Shown piece after piece: positions 46,196 to 57,800 of a stretch of 64,000 nt of DNA; the stretch's first letter is position 1, and every line of letters begins with the position of its first letter. The notes under the pieces are model-generated. The model made no database searches. It was not told the origin of the DNA and saw only the letters and a list, made by a program, of their open reading frames with translations. The DNA is taken from IMG/VR virus record IMGVR_UViG_3300021599_002733. One strand, written 5' to 3'. A program made the position numbers and the translations under genes. The DNA is from a virus.

Positions 46196-46940
46196 TTATA
46201 AAATTTGTTACTTTTTGTTTAGCTTCATCAAACGTATCAAATTCACGTTCTATATTCAATAATGATTCAATAGCTTTATCTGTTTTTTCTTTATCAGCTT
46301 TTGATTTAGCTAATTCCTCAGGTGTTTTAGGTTTACCCTTAGGCATAGGAAATAGTTGTTGGATTGTTTTAGGATCAAATGATTTGTCAACATCTTCTGG
46401 GTCATTGTTAATTAATACAATATTATCTCCAAACTCTTGTTTATATAAATCAATATTTGAAACTAAACCTTGCCAACTTTTTAATACAGCACTTGTAGGT
46501 AAACTTCTACCCCGTTCAGCATTTCGTTTTAAAGAGGTCATAGGGGAAACATAGATCATAATCATAAACGTTTCATATCCTCTTGCTTCTAGTTCTAATT
46601 TTTTCTTGAGTAATGGTTTAGAAGCAGCACCCGTACCATCAATTACAATATTTTGTAAAGATTCTACTGATTGAAGTTCTTTTTCTCTGGTGGTTACTCT
46701 AGCTCGTCCCATTAATTTACCTGCTTGGGATAGTTCTTCGGGGGACATAGAGGCAAAGTCTTCTTTGCCTAATTCTTTTTTAAGAAGTTCTTCATAGTCT
46801 TCATCTACATTTATCATAGTAAAACCCTTAATTCCTAATTTATTAAGCGTAAAAGTTTTACCAGCTCCAGCAGGACCAGCCATAAAAATTGCTTTAGGTC
46901 CAGATTGGATTTCCTTTAAAAGTTGAACTAAACTTATCAT
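46188..46940 (-). CDS. Zeta-toxin/AAA_33-like P-loop kinase
   Basis: AIFMAGPAGAGKT, INVDE, IVIDGTG, RNAERGR. Confidence 0.85.
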   Translation of the reverse strand: MISLVQLLKEIQSGPKAIFMAGPAGAGKTFTLNKLGIKGFTMINVDEDYEELLKKELGKEDFASMSPEELSQAGKLMGRARVTTREKELQSVESLQNIVIDGTGAASKPLLKKKLELEARGYETFMIMIYVSPMTSLKRNAERGRSLPTSAVLKSWQGLVSNIDLYKQEFGDNIVLINNDPEDVDKSFDPKTIQQLFPMPKGKPKTPEELAKSKADKEKTDKAIESLLNIEREFDTFDEAKQKVTNFINE

Positions 46941-46951
46941 GTTTATACATA

Positions 46952-47725
46952 TTACATATCCCTTTTAGCTATAGTTCTAAATTCGGTGAATATGGGTGAA
47001 TGTGTTGGGTTTTCAAGGTCAAATAATTTTTTAACTGTTTGGAAAATATCAATATTTTCTTCAAATGTTCTATTAGATTCAACAATTTCCCACCCTTTAC
47101 CTTGCATTTTACCTTTAGATGCTTTACGTTTAGAGGATTTTAACCATAGAATACCATAACGATCTATTTTCTTTCCAAAACATTCTTCATAGCACTGACC
47201 ATAAACGGCTGTTTGGAGTTCATATGTTGATTGGAGTTGATTTGAGGTTTTTAAATCTAGCAACCATAATTCTCCATCAAGTTCAACAATTAAATCGCAT
47301 GTACCTGCTACTTTAAGTTTATCTGAGAATAGGTGTACTTCTGTTTCAATTAGAGTGGGTTTAAATTCTTCCCAAAATTCAACAAAACGTAAAAACATCT
47401 GCCAAACATCTGGGTTAAATTGGGGTTTTCCAGCACTATTTAAAAAATGGAGTTCTTTACCATTTAAATAATCTTCACATAACTCGTGTACTTGGGTTCC
47501 TTCTTCAGCTGCTCTTTTAACAATATGTTCAGAAGCATATCCTACTTTTTTTAACCAATCCTCAAAAAACTTACCTTTAGGATAATATGATAAAACATAT
47601 GTTACTGAGGGGTAATAGTTTCCATTTCTACGGTAGTACCTAGAATCTGGTAGAGTGATTTGTTGGGCGTCTTCTGAAATTTCAAGGATTCTATTATAAG
47701 TTTTTTTAATGTTCCTTTTTTTCAT
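46952..47725 (-). CDS. PD-(D/E)xK exonuclease
   Basis: YPSVTYVL, GTQVH, E, AGTCD, DLKTS, Q...Y. Confidence 0.88.
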   Translation of the reverse strand: MKKRNIKKTYNRILEISEDAQQITLPDSRYYRRNGNYYPSVTYVLSYYPKGKFFEDWLKKVGYASEHIVKRAAEEGTQVHELCEDYLNGKELHFLNSAGKPQFNPDVWQMFLRFVEFWEEFKPTLIETEVHLFSDKLKVAGTCDLIVELDGELWLLDLKTSNQLQSTYELQTAVYGQCYEECFGKKIDRYGILWLKSSKRKASKGKMQGKGWEIVESNRTFEENIDIFQTVKKLFDLENPTHSPIFTEFRTIAKRDM

Positions 47726-48642
47726 ATAAATTGGAGTTTTTTCTCCATTAGTTTATAGTTGGTTAATGGAGAGGTGGTTTGGATTAGTTTTGTAAAATGT
47801 TCAAATCCCATTTCACTTGGGTCTTTCCCTTTTAATTCCACTAAATATACTTCCTTACCTTCGTTAAGAAGCAATTCACAGAATTCTAATGCCTTTTTAA
47901 TAGCATCATTATCTAAAGCAATATATATTTTTTGTACCTTTGAGGTAACGATTTTTTTCATTAAAGATGGTTGTAAATTTTTTCCAAATAATGGAATAGC
48001 ATTTCGCTTTATTGCTATTGCATCAAATGGACCTTCACACAATATAATAGGTAAATCCCAATTAATAAACAATTCAAACGGGATTATATCGCGAGACACT
48101 TCGGGGTTGCGGTACTTGATGTAAGGGTCTTTCTCGAATGATCTCGCGGTAAAATAATTTAATTTACCGGTTGAATCATATGATGGTATAATAACCATAT
48201 TTGAATATTGCCCAAATTCACAATATCCTATATTGTATTTTAAAAGATCACCTTTGGATAAATTTCGTTTTTTAAGATACGCTAAGGCATGTCTGGAGAT
48301 GATACTATCATCAAATGGTTTATATTCTTTAGGGAGTTCAACTATAGTGGAAGATATTACTTCTTCAACATCACTTCCAGATTTAACTAGTGGTTTAAGT
48401 TGAGCAAATATTTCAGGGGAAACTTCTATTTGTTTAAATAGAGTAGATATTTTTTTACCTTTTTTACCACATACCCAACAGTTCCAAGGATTGTTACCTT
48501 GCTTATTTTCTGTAAAATTAACTTCTAGTTTTGGTTTTGAGTGGTGGCAGAAAGGACAGTGGTATGCTTGATTACCACGTGCTGTTCTTTTACCTGTTCC
48601 TAAAACAGAATTTACTAAATTAACTAGTAATTCATTTACCAT
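47722..48642 (-). CDS. DNA primase (zinc ribbon + TOPRIM)
   Basis: CPFC..CWVC; CEGPFD; LDND; KDP. Confidence 0.92.
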   Translation of the reverse strand: MVNELLVNLVNSVLGTGKRTARGNQAYHCPFCHHSKPKLEVNFTENKQGNNPWNCWVCGKKGKKISTLFKQIEVSPEIFAQLKPLVKSGSDVEEVISSTIVELPKEYKPFDDSIISRHALAYLKKRNLSKGDLLKYNIGYCEFGQYSNMVIIPSYDSTGKLNYFTARSFEKDPYIKYRNPEVSRDIIPFELFINWDLPIILCEGPFDAIAIKRNAIPLFGKNLQPSLMKKIVTSKVQKIYIALDNDAIKKALEFCELLLNEGKEVYLVELKGKDPSEMGFEHFTKLIQTTSPLTNYKLMEKKLQFI

Positions 48643-48660
48643 AACCATTAAAATACAACC

Positions 48661-49110
48661 TTAATCTTGGGTATCAAAGTCTTTTCTGAAAAAACGGCCC
48701 TGGATATTATCGTTAAACCAATCCTCTGGGTCTTCTAATACCTCATATTTAAAGAGATATTTACTTTCAAGATATGTTAGTATTTTTTTATTATGTGAAA
48801 GACATAAAATTTTTCTTGTAAATTCTTCTTGTTTTCCCTGTTTAATTAACTCTAATATTGGTTTAGCAGAACCATAATATGTTTTCCAATCTGATTCTTT
48901 TTGGGTTGTTTTGGTAGTTGGTTTACGTCCAGGACCAGTTTGTTCAGCTAATTCTTTTTTAGTTAATTTTTTCTTTACGTTATGGTAAAGTACTTTTTTT
49001 CCAATATAAGATTTACCAGTAGGAATATGAGTTACAATATATACAAAACCATATGTCCACTCGGGGAGTTGAGAAATGTCATATATTTTTTTATCTTGGT
49101 ATAACCACAT
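48661..49110 (-). CDS. GIY-YIG endonuclease (T4 endonuclease II-like)
   Basis: GFVYIV...YIGKK, ESDWKTYYGS, E...N.NI. Confidence 0.85.
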   Translation of the reverse strand: MWLYQDKKIYDISQLPEWTYGFVYIVTHIPTGKSYIGKKVLYHNVKKKLTKKELAEQTGPGRKPTTKTTQKESDWKTYYGSAKPILELIKQGKQEEFTRKILCLSHNKKILTYLESKYLFKYEVLEDPEDWFNDNIQGRFFRKDFDTQD

Positions 49111-49111
49111 A

Positions 49112-50101
49112 TTATAAATCTAGGTTAATTAGTATGTTCATATCAGTTACTGCTGATAGAGGTAATGGTTGGGCTAATTTAGCTACAGCTAATAGTTCTT
49201 TATCATTGTTATATAAACCTACAGTTGTAACATATGGATTAAAATATGAACCTGTAGCGTAATCATACACTTTACCACTATTTGAGCTACCTGAGATTAG
49301 TGTTGGGTTTTGTGAAAAGTTAAATTCGTTTTCTCTAATAGTACATTTATATTGAGATTCATAGATAGTAATAGTACTATCAAATGAACACGTTATATTT
49401 TGAGATATTATTATAGATTGATTAAATAATTGAGGGATCGGGGGTTGAAGTGTTTTAGATGGTGTTAATTCTTTTGGAGCTGTCAGTTGTAGTGGGGGAG
49501 GAGTATAAGTGTTTAAATTTAAAAGATTTAAAGTTTCATCATGAGTTATAATAACCATCCCATGTTCATATATAATATCTCCTACTTTTGAACTTCCTGT
49601 TATAATATTTCCTTCACCATCATCTGTAAAAGAACCACTCTCATACGATAAAGTAAATGTTCCTGGTTTGATATACTCTCCAAATAAGTTTGAAGGTATA
49701 GCAATTACTCCTATTGTATCTCCAGAACCTGTTGGGAAATATCTATTAGCAGGTAAAGTATTTGATAAGTAATTGTATGAATTTGGAGTATAAAGTAAAC
49801 CTGTAATAGTACCATCAGGATTAAATGATGCTGTTGCTACTGAGGATCCATCAACTCCATCAATATAATTATAGTAGTAAAGTTCTCTAATGGAACGATA
49901 TACTAGAAATTGATCTTGGATTGAGTTATAACCTGTTGAGGTTGAGCCAGAAACCCAAAGTGTTGGGTTTGTGTTTTCCCCTAAAAATAGATCTATTCCG
50001 GAACCTGTCAATGCAGCTATCCCTTCAAAGTAAAAGTTTTTATTTACCTTAAAGGGTGAGACTACAACGTCCGAAGTTATAAATGGCTTGAATACGCTCA
50101 T
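49112..50101 (-). CDS. Baseplate/fibre-attachment structural protein
   Basis: DDGEGN, NEFNFSQNPT, YVTTVGLYN...LLAVAKL; paralog of the next gene. Confidence 0.7.
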   Translation of the reverse strand: MSVFKPFITSDVVVSPFKVNKNFYFEGIAALTGSGIDLFLGENTNPTLWVSGSTSTGYNSIQDQFLVYRSIRELYYYNYIDGVDGSSVATASFNPDGTITGLLYTPNSYNYLSNTLPANRYFPTGSGDTIGVIAIPSNLFGEYIKPGTFTLSYESGSFTDDGEGNIITGSSKVGDIIYEHGMVIITHDETLNLLNLNTYTPPPLQLTAPKELTPSKTLQPPIPQLFNQSIIISQNITCSFDSTITIYESQYKCTIRENEFNFSQNPTLISGSSNSGKVYDYATGSYFNPYVTTVGLYNNDKELLAVAKLAQPLPLSAVTDMNILINLDL

Positions 50102-50107
50102 TCATTC

Positions 50108-51115
50108 TTAAAAATCTAATTTTACTCTAACAAGTGATTCTTTTGTAAAGTCCTTAAGTAAAGGTCTTGACATTTTAGCTACAGCTAACAATTCGTTTGA
50201 ATCATTATAGAATCCTATAGTAGTAACATATGTTTGTGGGTGATTGATAAAATCACTATAAATTACTTCCCCAGTTGACCCTGAAATAAATGTTGGGTTT
50301 TCTGAGTAATTGAATTCACTATTTCTAGATCTAACAAATATATAGTCTGAAGTTATTGTTTCTTGGGAATTTAATGAAAAGCTAGCTCCTCCACTAATAG
50401 CTGAGTAAAGTACTCTATTGTTAAAGTCATCTGTGTCGGAATTTCTTCCAGCGGTTACTCCAATTGATTGGGAAATTGCTGCAGGGTTCAATAGAACAGT
50501 TCCAAGATCAGGGAATACTAAACCATATGAACCAGATCCAGCTACATATCCTCCACCCGAAATTCCAAATCCATTTGACCCAGAAACTAATTGGAATACT
50601 CTAGTTGAGCCAATAAATGTATTTACCAATACATCATTTGAATTATCTGTTAATTGGATTACTCCACCTGATCCAGATAAAGTTAAATTTAGAGATCCAG
50701 GGAATAATGATTCTTTATATCTAGCACGCTCAACAGACAATACCCAGAAATTTGATCCAGTAATTACGTTAGTGTTAGAACCAAATATAAAACTTGCATT
50801 CTCATCCTCTAATATAAGAGAGCGATATTGCCCATACATTGTTTTTGAAGGTGAATTACCATCAACAATATTATTATACAATACACTTCCACTACCTACA
50901 GAATCACAATATACTATATCAAATTGGGTAGCTGCTGTATCTTGTGTAGAAGCAGTTTGATATACACTTAGGTAAAAATTCCCTGCAGAACCAGCTTCTT
51001 GAATAGAAGAAGTATAAAATTCTGTTAGTGTTGGGGAATCTGTTGACCAAAGAGTAGAAGTAATCGAGTCACTACTTACTACAAAATCTTCGGGATCTAA
51101 TCTTTTAAAGCTCAT
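50108..51115 (-). CDS. Baseplate/fibre-attachment structural protein
   Basis: SEFNYSENPT, YVTTIGFYN...LLAVAKM. Confidence 0.7.
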   Translation of the reverse strand: MSFKRLDPEDFVVSSDSITSTLWSTDSPTLTEFYTSSIQEAGSAGNFYLSVYQTASTQDTAATQFDIVYCDSVGSGSVLYNNIVDGNSPSKTMYGQYRSLILEDENASFIFGSNTNVITGSNFWVLSVERARYKESLFPGSLNLTLSGSGGVIQLTDNSNDVLVNTFIGSTRVFQLVSGSNGFGISGGGYVAGSGSYGLVFPDLGTVLLNPAAISQSIGVTAGRNSDTDDFNNRVLYSAISGGASFSLNSQETITSDYIFVRSRNSEFNYSENPTFISGSTGEVIYSDFINHPQTYVTTIGFYNDSNELLAVAKMSRPLLKDFTKESLVRVKLDF

Positions 51116-51128
51116 TTTTTATTTTTTA

Positions 51129-51791
51129 TTAGCTAACTCTATTAATAGTAATTGGAATTGTTAATCTAGCTCCACTATCTAAACCAACTACAGTTAATGT
51201 AGCTGCAAGTTGTGTATTAGAACCAAATAATGTATTTACAGTAGTTGCTCTTAAGTTAAACTGTGTTCCAAGAATTGTTTTGGAAACATTTGTACCTAAA
51301 GTAGCAGTAGCATTAACATTTGCCTCGTTAGCAGCTGTTGTATTAATACCAACTCCTGTATATGTGTTTAATAAACGAACATCTGATATAGTAGCTGAGT
51401 ATCCACTAGTTTCGTATGTTTGAGTATTTCCTAGATAATTTAATGTTTGTGGTGTGATTGAAAGTGCAGCTCCTTGTTGTAAAGTAATTGCTGTGTAACC
51501 CAAATCAAGTACAGGTAATTTAGCTGTTCCACGTGGTAGAGTAGCTAATTTGTATTTCATAATTTGTGTTTCTTGAGGAAATGCCTCTAGTAATGGCATA
51601 TTTTCAATAGCTTCTCCGTAAAATGAAGACCCTGATGGGTGGGTAGGGTTGTAAAGAGTGTAGTCAATTTCGTCATCTGCTAAAGCAAATTGTGTGATTC
51701 TAAAAGAACCATCGTTTTTTGCTAGTAATTCTCTACCTTTTGTTGTTAAAATTGCGTCGACTGTTACAACTTGATTATTAAGATATCCCAT
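51129..51791 (-). CDS. Baseplate-associated structural protein
   Basis: DAILTTKGRELLA...ITQFALADDEIDY. Confidence 0.7.
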   Translation of the reverse strand: MGYLNNQVVTVDAILTTKGRELLAKNDGSFRITQFALADDEIDYTLYNPTHPSGSSFYGEAIENMPLLEAFPQETQIMKYKLATLPRGTAKLPVLDLGYTAITLQQGAALSITPQTLNYLGNTQTYETSGYSATISDVRLLNTYTGVGINTTAANEANVNATATLGTNVSKTILGTQFNLRATTVNTLFGSNTQLAATLTVVGLDSGARLTIPITINRVS

Positions 51792-51831
51792 TTTTTATTT
51801 TATTATAAATATATTATACTAATAAATATTG

Positions 51832-54800
51832 TTAAAGCAAACCTTTCTGCGTAAGATCTACAATAAATGAATCAAGATCTTTATTTAGTGCAGGAACTAC
51901 GAATTCAGGTCTAATAATATACGGGCCTTGGGAGTTACCTGGTTTTAAGCCTTCAAATATAATAGTGGCAGCATCATCAATGTATCTTCGAATTAGAAAA
52001 TGATCTAGATTAATAGATGAAGATGGTAAAGCACTATTTAAATGAACCTCAACAGACCCTGTATTTGATATTCTTTCAGGGGATTGGTTTGTTGGGGTAA
52101 ATACTTTCTTAACAATGTATGTTCTATTTTCTTTACCTTCAAATCTAAATTCATCTCCTACTTTTATCGACCAATCTAAAGTTATATTTTCAAAACCTGA
52201 TCCTGATATATTTTGTTGGCGTATCCCGGGGAGGTTATAGTATGAGTTCAGAGAGGAGGTAACTTCTGGGATATATATAATTCCAGCTTGGCTAGATGAC
52301 ACCTGGTTATATGTGGATGAAGTTGGGTAATTCCAGATTGAGCTAGTTCCCACAGGAATTATTTGTGATGGGCTAGGGAGAGGATCTTGAGAAATATTAA
52401 AAAATGTTGGTGGATTTACAGATGTTACTTGAAGAGTTGTTCCATACCCAGTATTTTCTTCAGGTCCATCAATTTGAAATACCCCAAAATAAAATTCATC
52501 TGTTGAGGTAAAATCTATATCTGGAGTTAATTCTATATAGAATGGTACTGCTTTCTTTTGTCCTGGGGTTAGGGTTTCAAATTTAGTTGATATTATATCT
52601 CCACCATTATTTTTATATAAATTTATTTGTACTGTTGTTGGGGAGGGATCAACGGAATTATATCTAGCTAATCCGATTTGTGCATTTATTATGAGATTAA
52701 CCCCTTCAATTATAGTATCATTATCTACATTATATTGCCAATCAATAGATCTATTATTTCCGGCGTCGTATAGAATGGACCAACCTGCTGAAGAACTTGG
52801 GGAAAATCCTTGGTATTGTCCTATATAATGTTCTGTGTAAAATATTGATTGTCCTGTGTTTATAGAAGAATATGTATTTAAAGTAGAAACACATGTGTTA
52901 TCTGTAATGGTTTGGACTATTTCAGAATTATATAAATTTATAGAAGAAGTCCAATTTGGAGGAGTATGTCCTATTTGAGTATATAAAATAGGTTCAATTC
53001 TATATCCACCTTTAAAAATATTTCTATATGAACTTTCTCCGGACCCTATTGAATCTGTATTGATAATAAGTCTTTCTCCTGTTTGGAAAGTACCTTGAAT
53101 ATTACTTAATGAATTTTCTGTTGTGTTTGGAATATCAACATTACCATTCTGGTCTATTAAATATTTTACTATGATTCCAGAGCAATCCATTCTATCTGGG
53201 GTGTATCCTCCTATAGTTTCAGCATAAGCTACCCATGTTTTTAAAGTATCTACTGTAGGTAATTTTCCGTATGTTCCACTATCTCCTGATGTCCATTGAT
53301 TTAATCTTTGGGATGTTGATTTACTACCGTTATATCTTGGATTGGTATGTCTTAGTAAAGTATAATTTGAATCTTGAACAGCCGCTCTTTGAGCATCTCC
53401 TTCTATTATAAGATCAAAATTAGTTGGAACTAATATACCCGAAGAATAATCTACATCTTGGAATGTTGTACTAATTCTATCTTCAAATACATTATTCATA
53501 ATAGCATTTTCATCACTATTGTAGAAGTTTGCTGTTGTAATATATGGCTCAAATATAACATGGTCGCAAACAGAAGCTGTAGGGGTTATACTTTGAGTGA
53601 TTAATATGTTACTAGAAAGTAGTGTTAAGTTAGGGTTTAATATATTAGCTGTATATGCTCTTAAATATAATTTATCTCCTTGTACCCCATAATATGAAGC
53701 TGTGATAGTAGTTGTTGTATTTGAACCTGCTGATATTGGGAGAAAAGATAAGGCTGAATATTCTCCTTGTCTATCCAACATTAGTCTAAATGATCCAGCT
53801 GAGCCACTAGTTCTAATTGAGGCTGTAATTTGTAAAGGAATGTTTGGTGTATTTTCAGGGGTAAAATATCCTGAAGAGGTTTGAAAGTATGGGGTTCCGT
53901 AATGCGCTATATTCCCTAAACTAGTATCCCATGGATCTAACTTACCACTAAGTGGAAAAGCTTGTGGGGCTATAACTAATGGTAACGTTTGAGAACTTGT
54001 AATTGAAGAAGAAACATAATAGTTTTTAACTTCATTGTCCATTCCAGCTCCCGCTAAATCAACATCTTGGTTATTTATTCTATATAAATAATATGTTTGG
54101 AATTCAGATATATCTAAAACTTGATAGTTAGTATATGTTGAATTTGATGTGTATTTGATTAATAGATTATTAATTTGCCCTAATGGAATTGAATTATTAT
54201 TTCCGTTACAATCAAGTTTGCTAATTTTAATAAATGCTTCTCTTCTAACTACATTAAGTAATGGGGGAACTATTCTCCATCTAGGAATCATTATTAACAT
54301 CTCACCCGATTGTGGTTGGGTAGATGTATTTAAAAATTGTTCTTCTGTAAGTGTTGAAAAATTAGTTTGTCCATATAAACCATTCCTATAAACTATAGGA
54401 GTATATTCAAACTCACTTAAACTAAGTGGGTATGGTTGATTTAAACTACCAGTTGTAACAATAATGATAGAGCCACTAAACTCACCATTATAAAATTCAT
54501 CTTGTGAATCATGTAATATAGTAATGGATCCTGAAGGGGTAGAGTAAGTTTCGTTCCAGTTTTGGGATGTATTGGAAGCATAGTTAAATGGTTCAAACAT
54601 TCCAGCTGTTCCTCCACTAAATTCTTCAATTAAAGAATGAGATATATAACTGCTTTGAGATATAGGGTCCCATACTTGAGTAGATTTTATAGTACCAGAA
54701 ATATCTAAATCTTCCCAAGATACTTGTGGTTCAGGGTATCTATTTCTTTCAAGTAAATGTTGTTTAATAACAACTCCAGAAGCAAGACTTGTACGAGCAG

Positions 54801-57800
54801 GTACAAAATCTTTAATCATTTTGAATAATGAATTGTCAAAGAATTTTATTAAACGTATAAAGTCGTTTAGGTTATAGTTTTTAGTGTATTTTTCAAAGTA
54901 CTCATTTCTTAACTTATCTAAATTAGGGTATGAAGTTAAACGTGAAGATCTAAAAGCAGGATCACCTATAAACTCTCCAATATTAAAATATCCAATAGAT
55001 GAATTAATATCATCATTTATCTCATCTTGTGGTGAAAATGCTACCTCAAGTAAGTTAATATTTGGAGTATAACTTGCACTTGCCTCGGTTGTTTGAGCTA
55101 ATCTTCTAAATGGAGATAAGGTACTTCCCGAAGGTAGGTTATCATTTTCTAATCGTATTTTATCACTTACAGCATTTTTAATACCCGCTACAGGTTGATC
55201 AAAAAATAAATATTCAGTGTTTGGTTTGAATATTGGAGTTAAGTCGTAATAAAAATTACTATCTGTAGGGAATGATTGAGTTATAACCCAAGATCCTGTT
55301 ACTTTAGGGTGTATAGAAATAGATTCAGTAAAAAATTCTCCACCAATGGATGCTCTAAAGGCTAGTTCATTGGGTGTACTATTTAAAAAGTTACCCTCAA
55401 TTGAGTAAGGATTCATTGTATAATCCTTAAACACACTTGAGCTAATAACAGTTGTATAGTATCTAATTTCTTGGTACGAACCCGAGAATGGTTCATATGA
55501 TCCAGCTAATGATCCTGTTCCATCATATATTGCAGTATTGTCGTATGTTACTATATCATACCCAGATACTGTTGCAGCTGAAAATGAGATTGGGAAATAA
55601 CTTGTTGATGAGTTAGCCCAAGGTATATCATTTCCTGTTATAGAGGAAGATTCATAGAAACCTAAAATAGTTCCGTTATTTCCACCCTCATATATTTTGT
55701 TGGAGGCATTTAATGTAAATTCACTTCCACTTCTATTTACCATTACAGACCACCATCCACCATCAAAAAATGGTAGGTATACGCTTGCTGTAACTGTTAT
55801 ATTTGCTACATCGGGGTAAAATTCTAGAGTAGCGTATTGGTAGTAAGGGTCAATAATAGACCCGGAATATGAACCTGTAGAATATGCTGAACCTGTATAT
55901 CTTAGAGTAACAGCTGAGCCAGAATCATTTGACCATAAACTTTGGGAGTATCTAATATTTGCGGTAGGTAATCCTGGTGTTTGGAATCTAAATGCTAGAG
56001 TAGAAGGTACATCATCTGGGGAATTCCAATCGTTATTTAAAGTCCAAGATGAGGAAATAAAGTTATTTTCTTCTGTAGAGTAAGCATAGTTAAATTCATT
56101 TTGCCAATAATCCCAATCGTTTGAATCTACTTTATCTTTTCCACCATACTCATTTATTCTTAATATAGTATCAGGGATACCATATGAGGTGATAAGGGCG
56201 CGCAAACCAGGTAAGGTACCTTTTGATTTGAGTAGGTATGGTAAGTTATGGTAAATGCGTTTATATAGCGATTTATTCACATCATCTAACGGTATATAAT
56301 CGTTGGATGCAGATACTAAGGTATCAATATACTCAAACCCACTTGGTGTTGGTAAAGATCCTGTAATATTTGGGAATGGAAATAAACCGCCCTCAGGTGT
56401 TAAACCTAAAAACGCAGTATATAGATCATTGTTGGAAAAACTATTTTGATATAATTTAATTCCAAAATCACGTATAGCATCAGCTACTATATCTTTTGAA
56501 ATACCAGACTCTAAACGGTTATCAGCATTGAATTTTTGAGTAACATCCTTATAATATATCCAAATATTATCAAAATGTTGGGCAACCATATCAATGAACA
56601 ATTCATACGGTTCGTTGTTTGGGTCTTCTCTTAAATATTCTGGTATAGAGAATAAAAGGTTATCTTTATTATTTTCATCATATAATGAGGCAGATAATAT
56701 AATTCCTCCATATTGAGGACTATATTCGTTTGTACTACCAAACCAATTTAAAACATCTACACTTCCTGTTGTAGCTAATTGGTAAGGTGGTTCTGTATTT
56801 GTTTTAGGCCAAGCCCATGAACCGCTAGTGTAATATAAATAGTAATCCCAACCATCAAAGTTGGTTATAATATTGTTTATTTTAGATTCTAGAACAGCAC
56901 TACTTTCACTAACCGCTATTGATGATGAATTTGTTGTATTTAAGATAGCAATGGAGGATGAATATTGTTCTATTAAACTAACTTTATAGTAAAAATTTTC
57001 TAGTCTAGTTTGAGCTGAGCTAAAGTGAATATAGTCACTAAATGTAGTGTAGTCAATATTGATATCTATTTCTTTTTCCTCTAATAAACTATTTATTTGG
57101 TTTTGGGAACTAGTTAAAGATGTAGTTACTAAATCGGTATAAGATAATTCTTGTGTGGAATTGTTAACTTGATCTTTTAAATCAATGTTGAAATTTGGAC
57201 CTTTAATTCTTAAAGTATCATTGAATACTATTGGTTCTTCTATAAAAGATACTTGGTATGCTATTGGTTCTTCTACAGAAGATACAACCCATAATGTAGA
57301 ATTAACTAAAAAATCCTCAGGTAGAGGTTCATATAATTTAATTAATATAGTTGGGTTATTTGGATCTTGATTATCTAAAGCAATATTGTTTGCTATAAAA
57401 AGAATATTGTCTCCAAAATTTAAATAAAAATCTAAGAAATATGTACTATCTTCTCTCTGTTGAATAAAGGCATTTGTTTTTTCAACTATGTCTTGATTTG
57501 ATAAAACAGTACTATCTAATCTAATTTCAGTTCTATCTGAAGATATTTCAGCAATATATAATTGTTCAATATCTGAACCTATTTGCTTATTTAAAAAGTT
57601 ATAGTATGAAATATAAGCACCTTGAGTAAACCCATTATTAATTAGATTTTGTTCAGGGTTGATTGTAATTTGAGATAATACTCCATCACTACCTGCTGAT
57701 TGCCCATCATTTAAAACTGTATATTGGGTGAAATTATATTCAGTAGATAATAAATTTTGGTTAAGATCATATATAAAATACTCAATATAACTACTTGAAG

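Noticed and set aside
46188-46940. Zeta toxin-antitoxin system
   Set aside because: Only the generic P-loop kinase fold is evident; no epsilon-like antitoxin is adjacent
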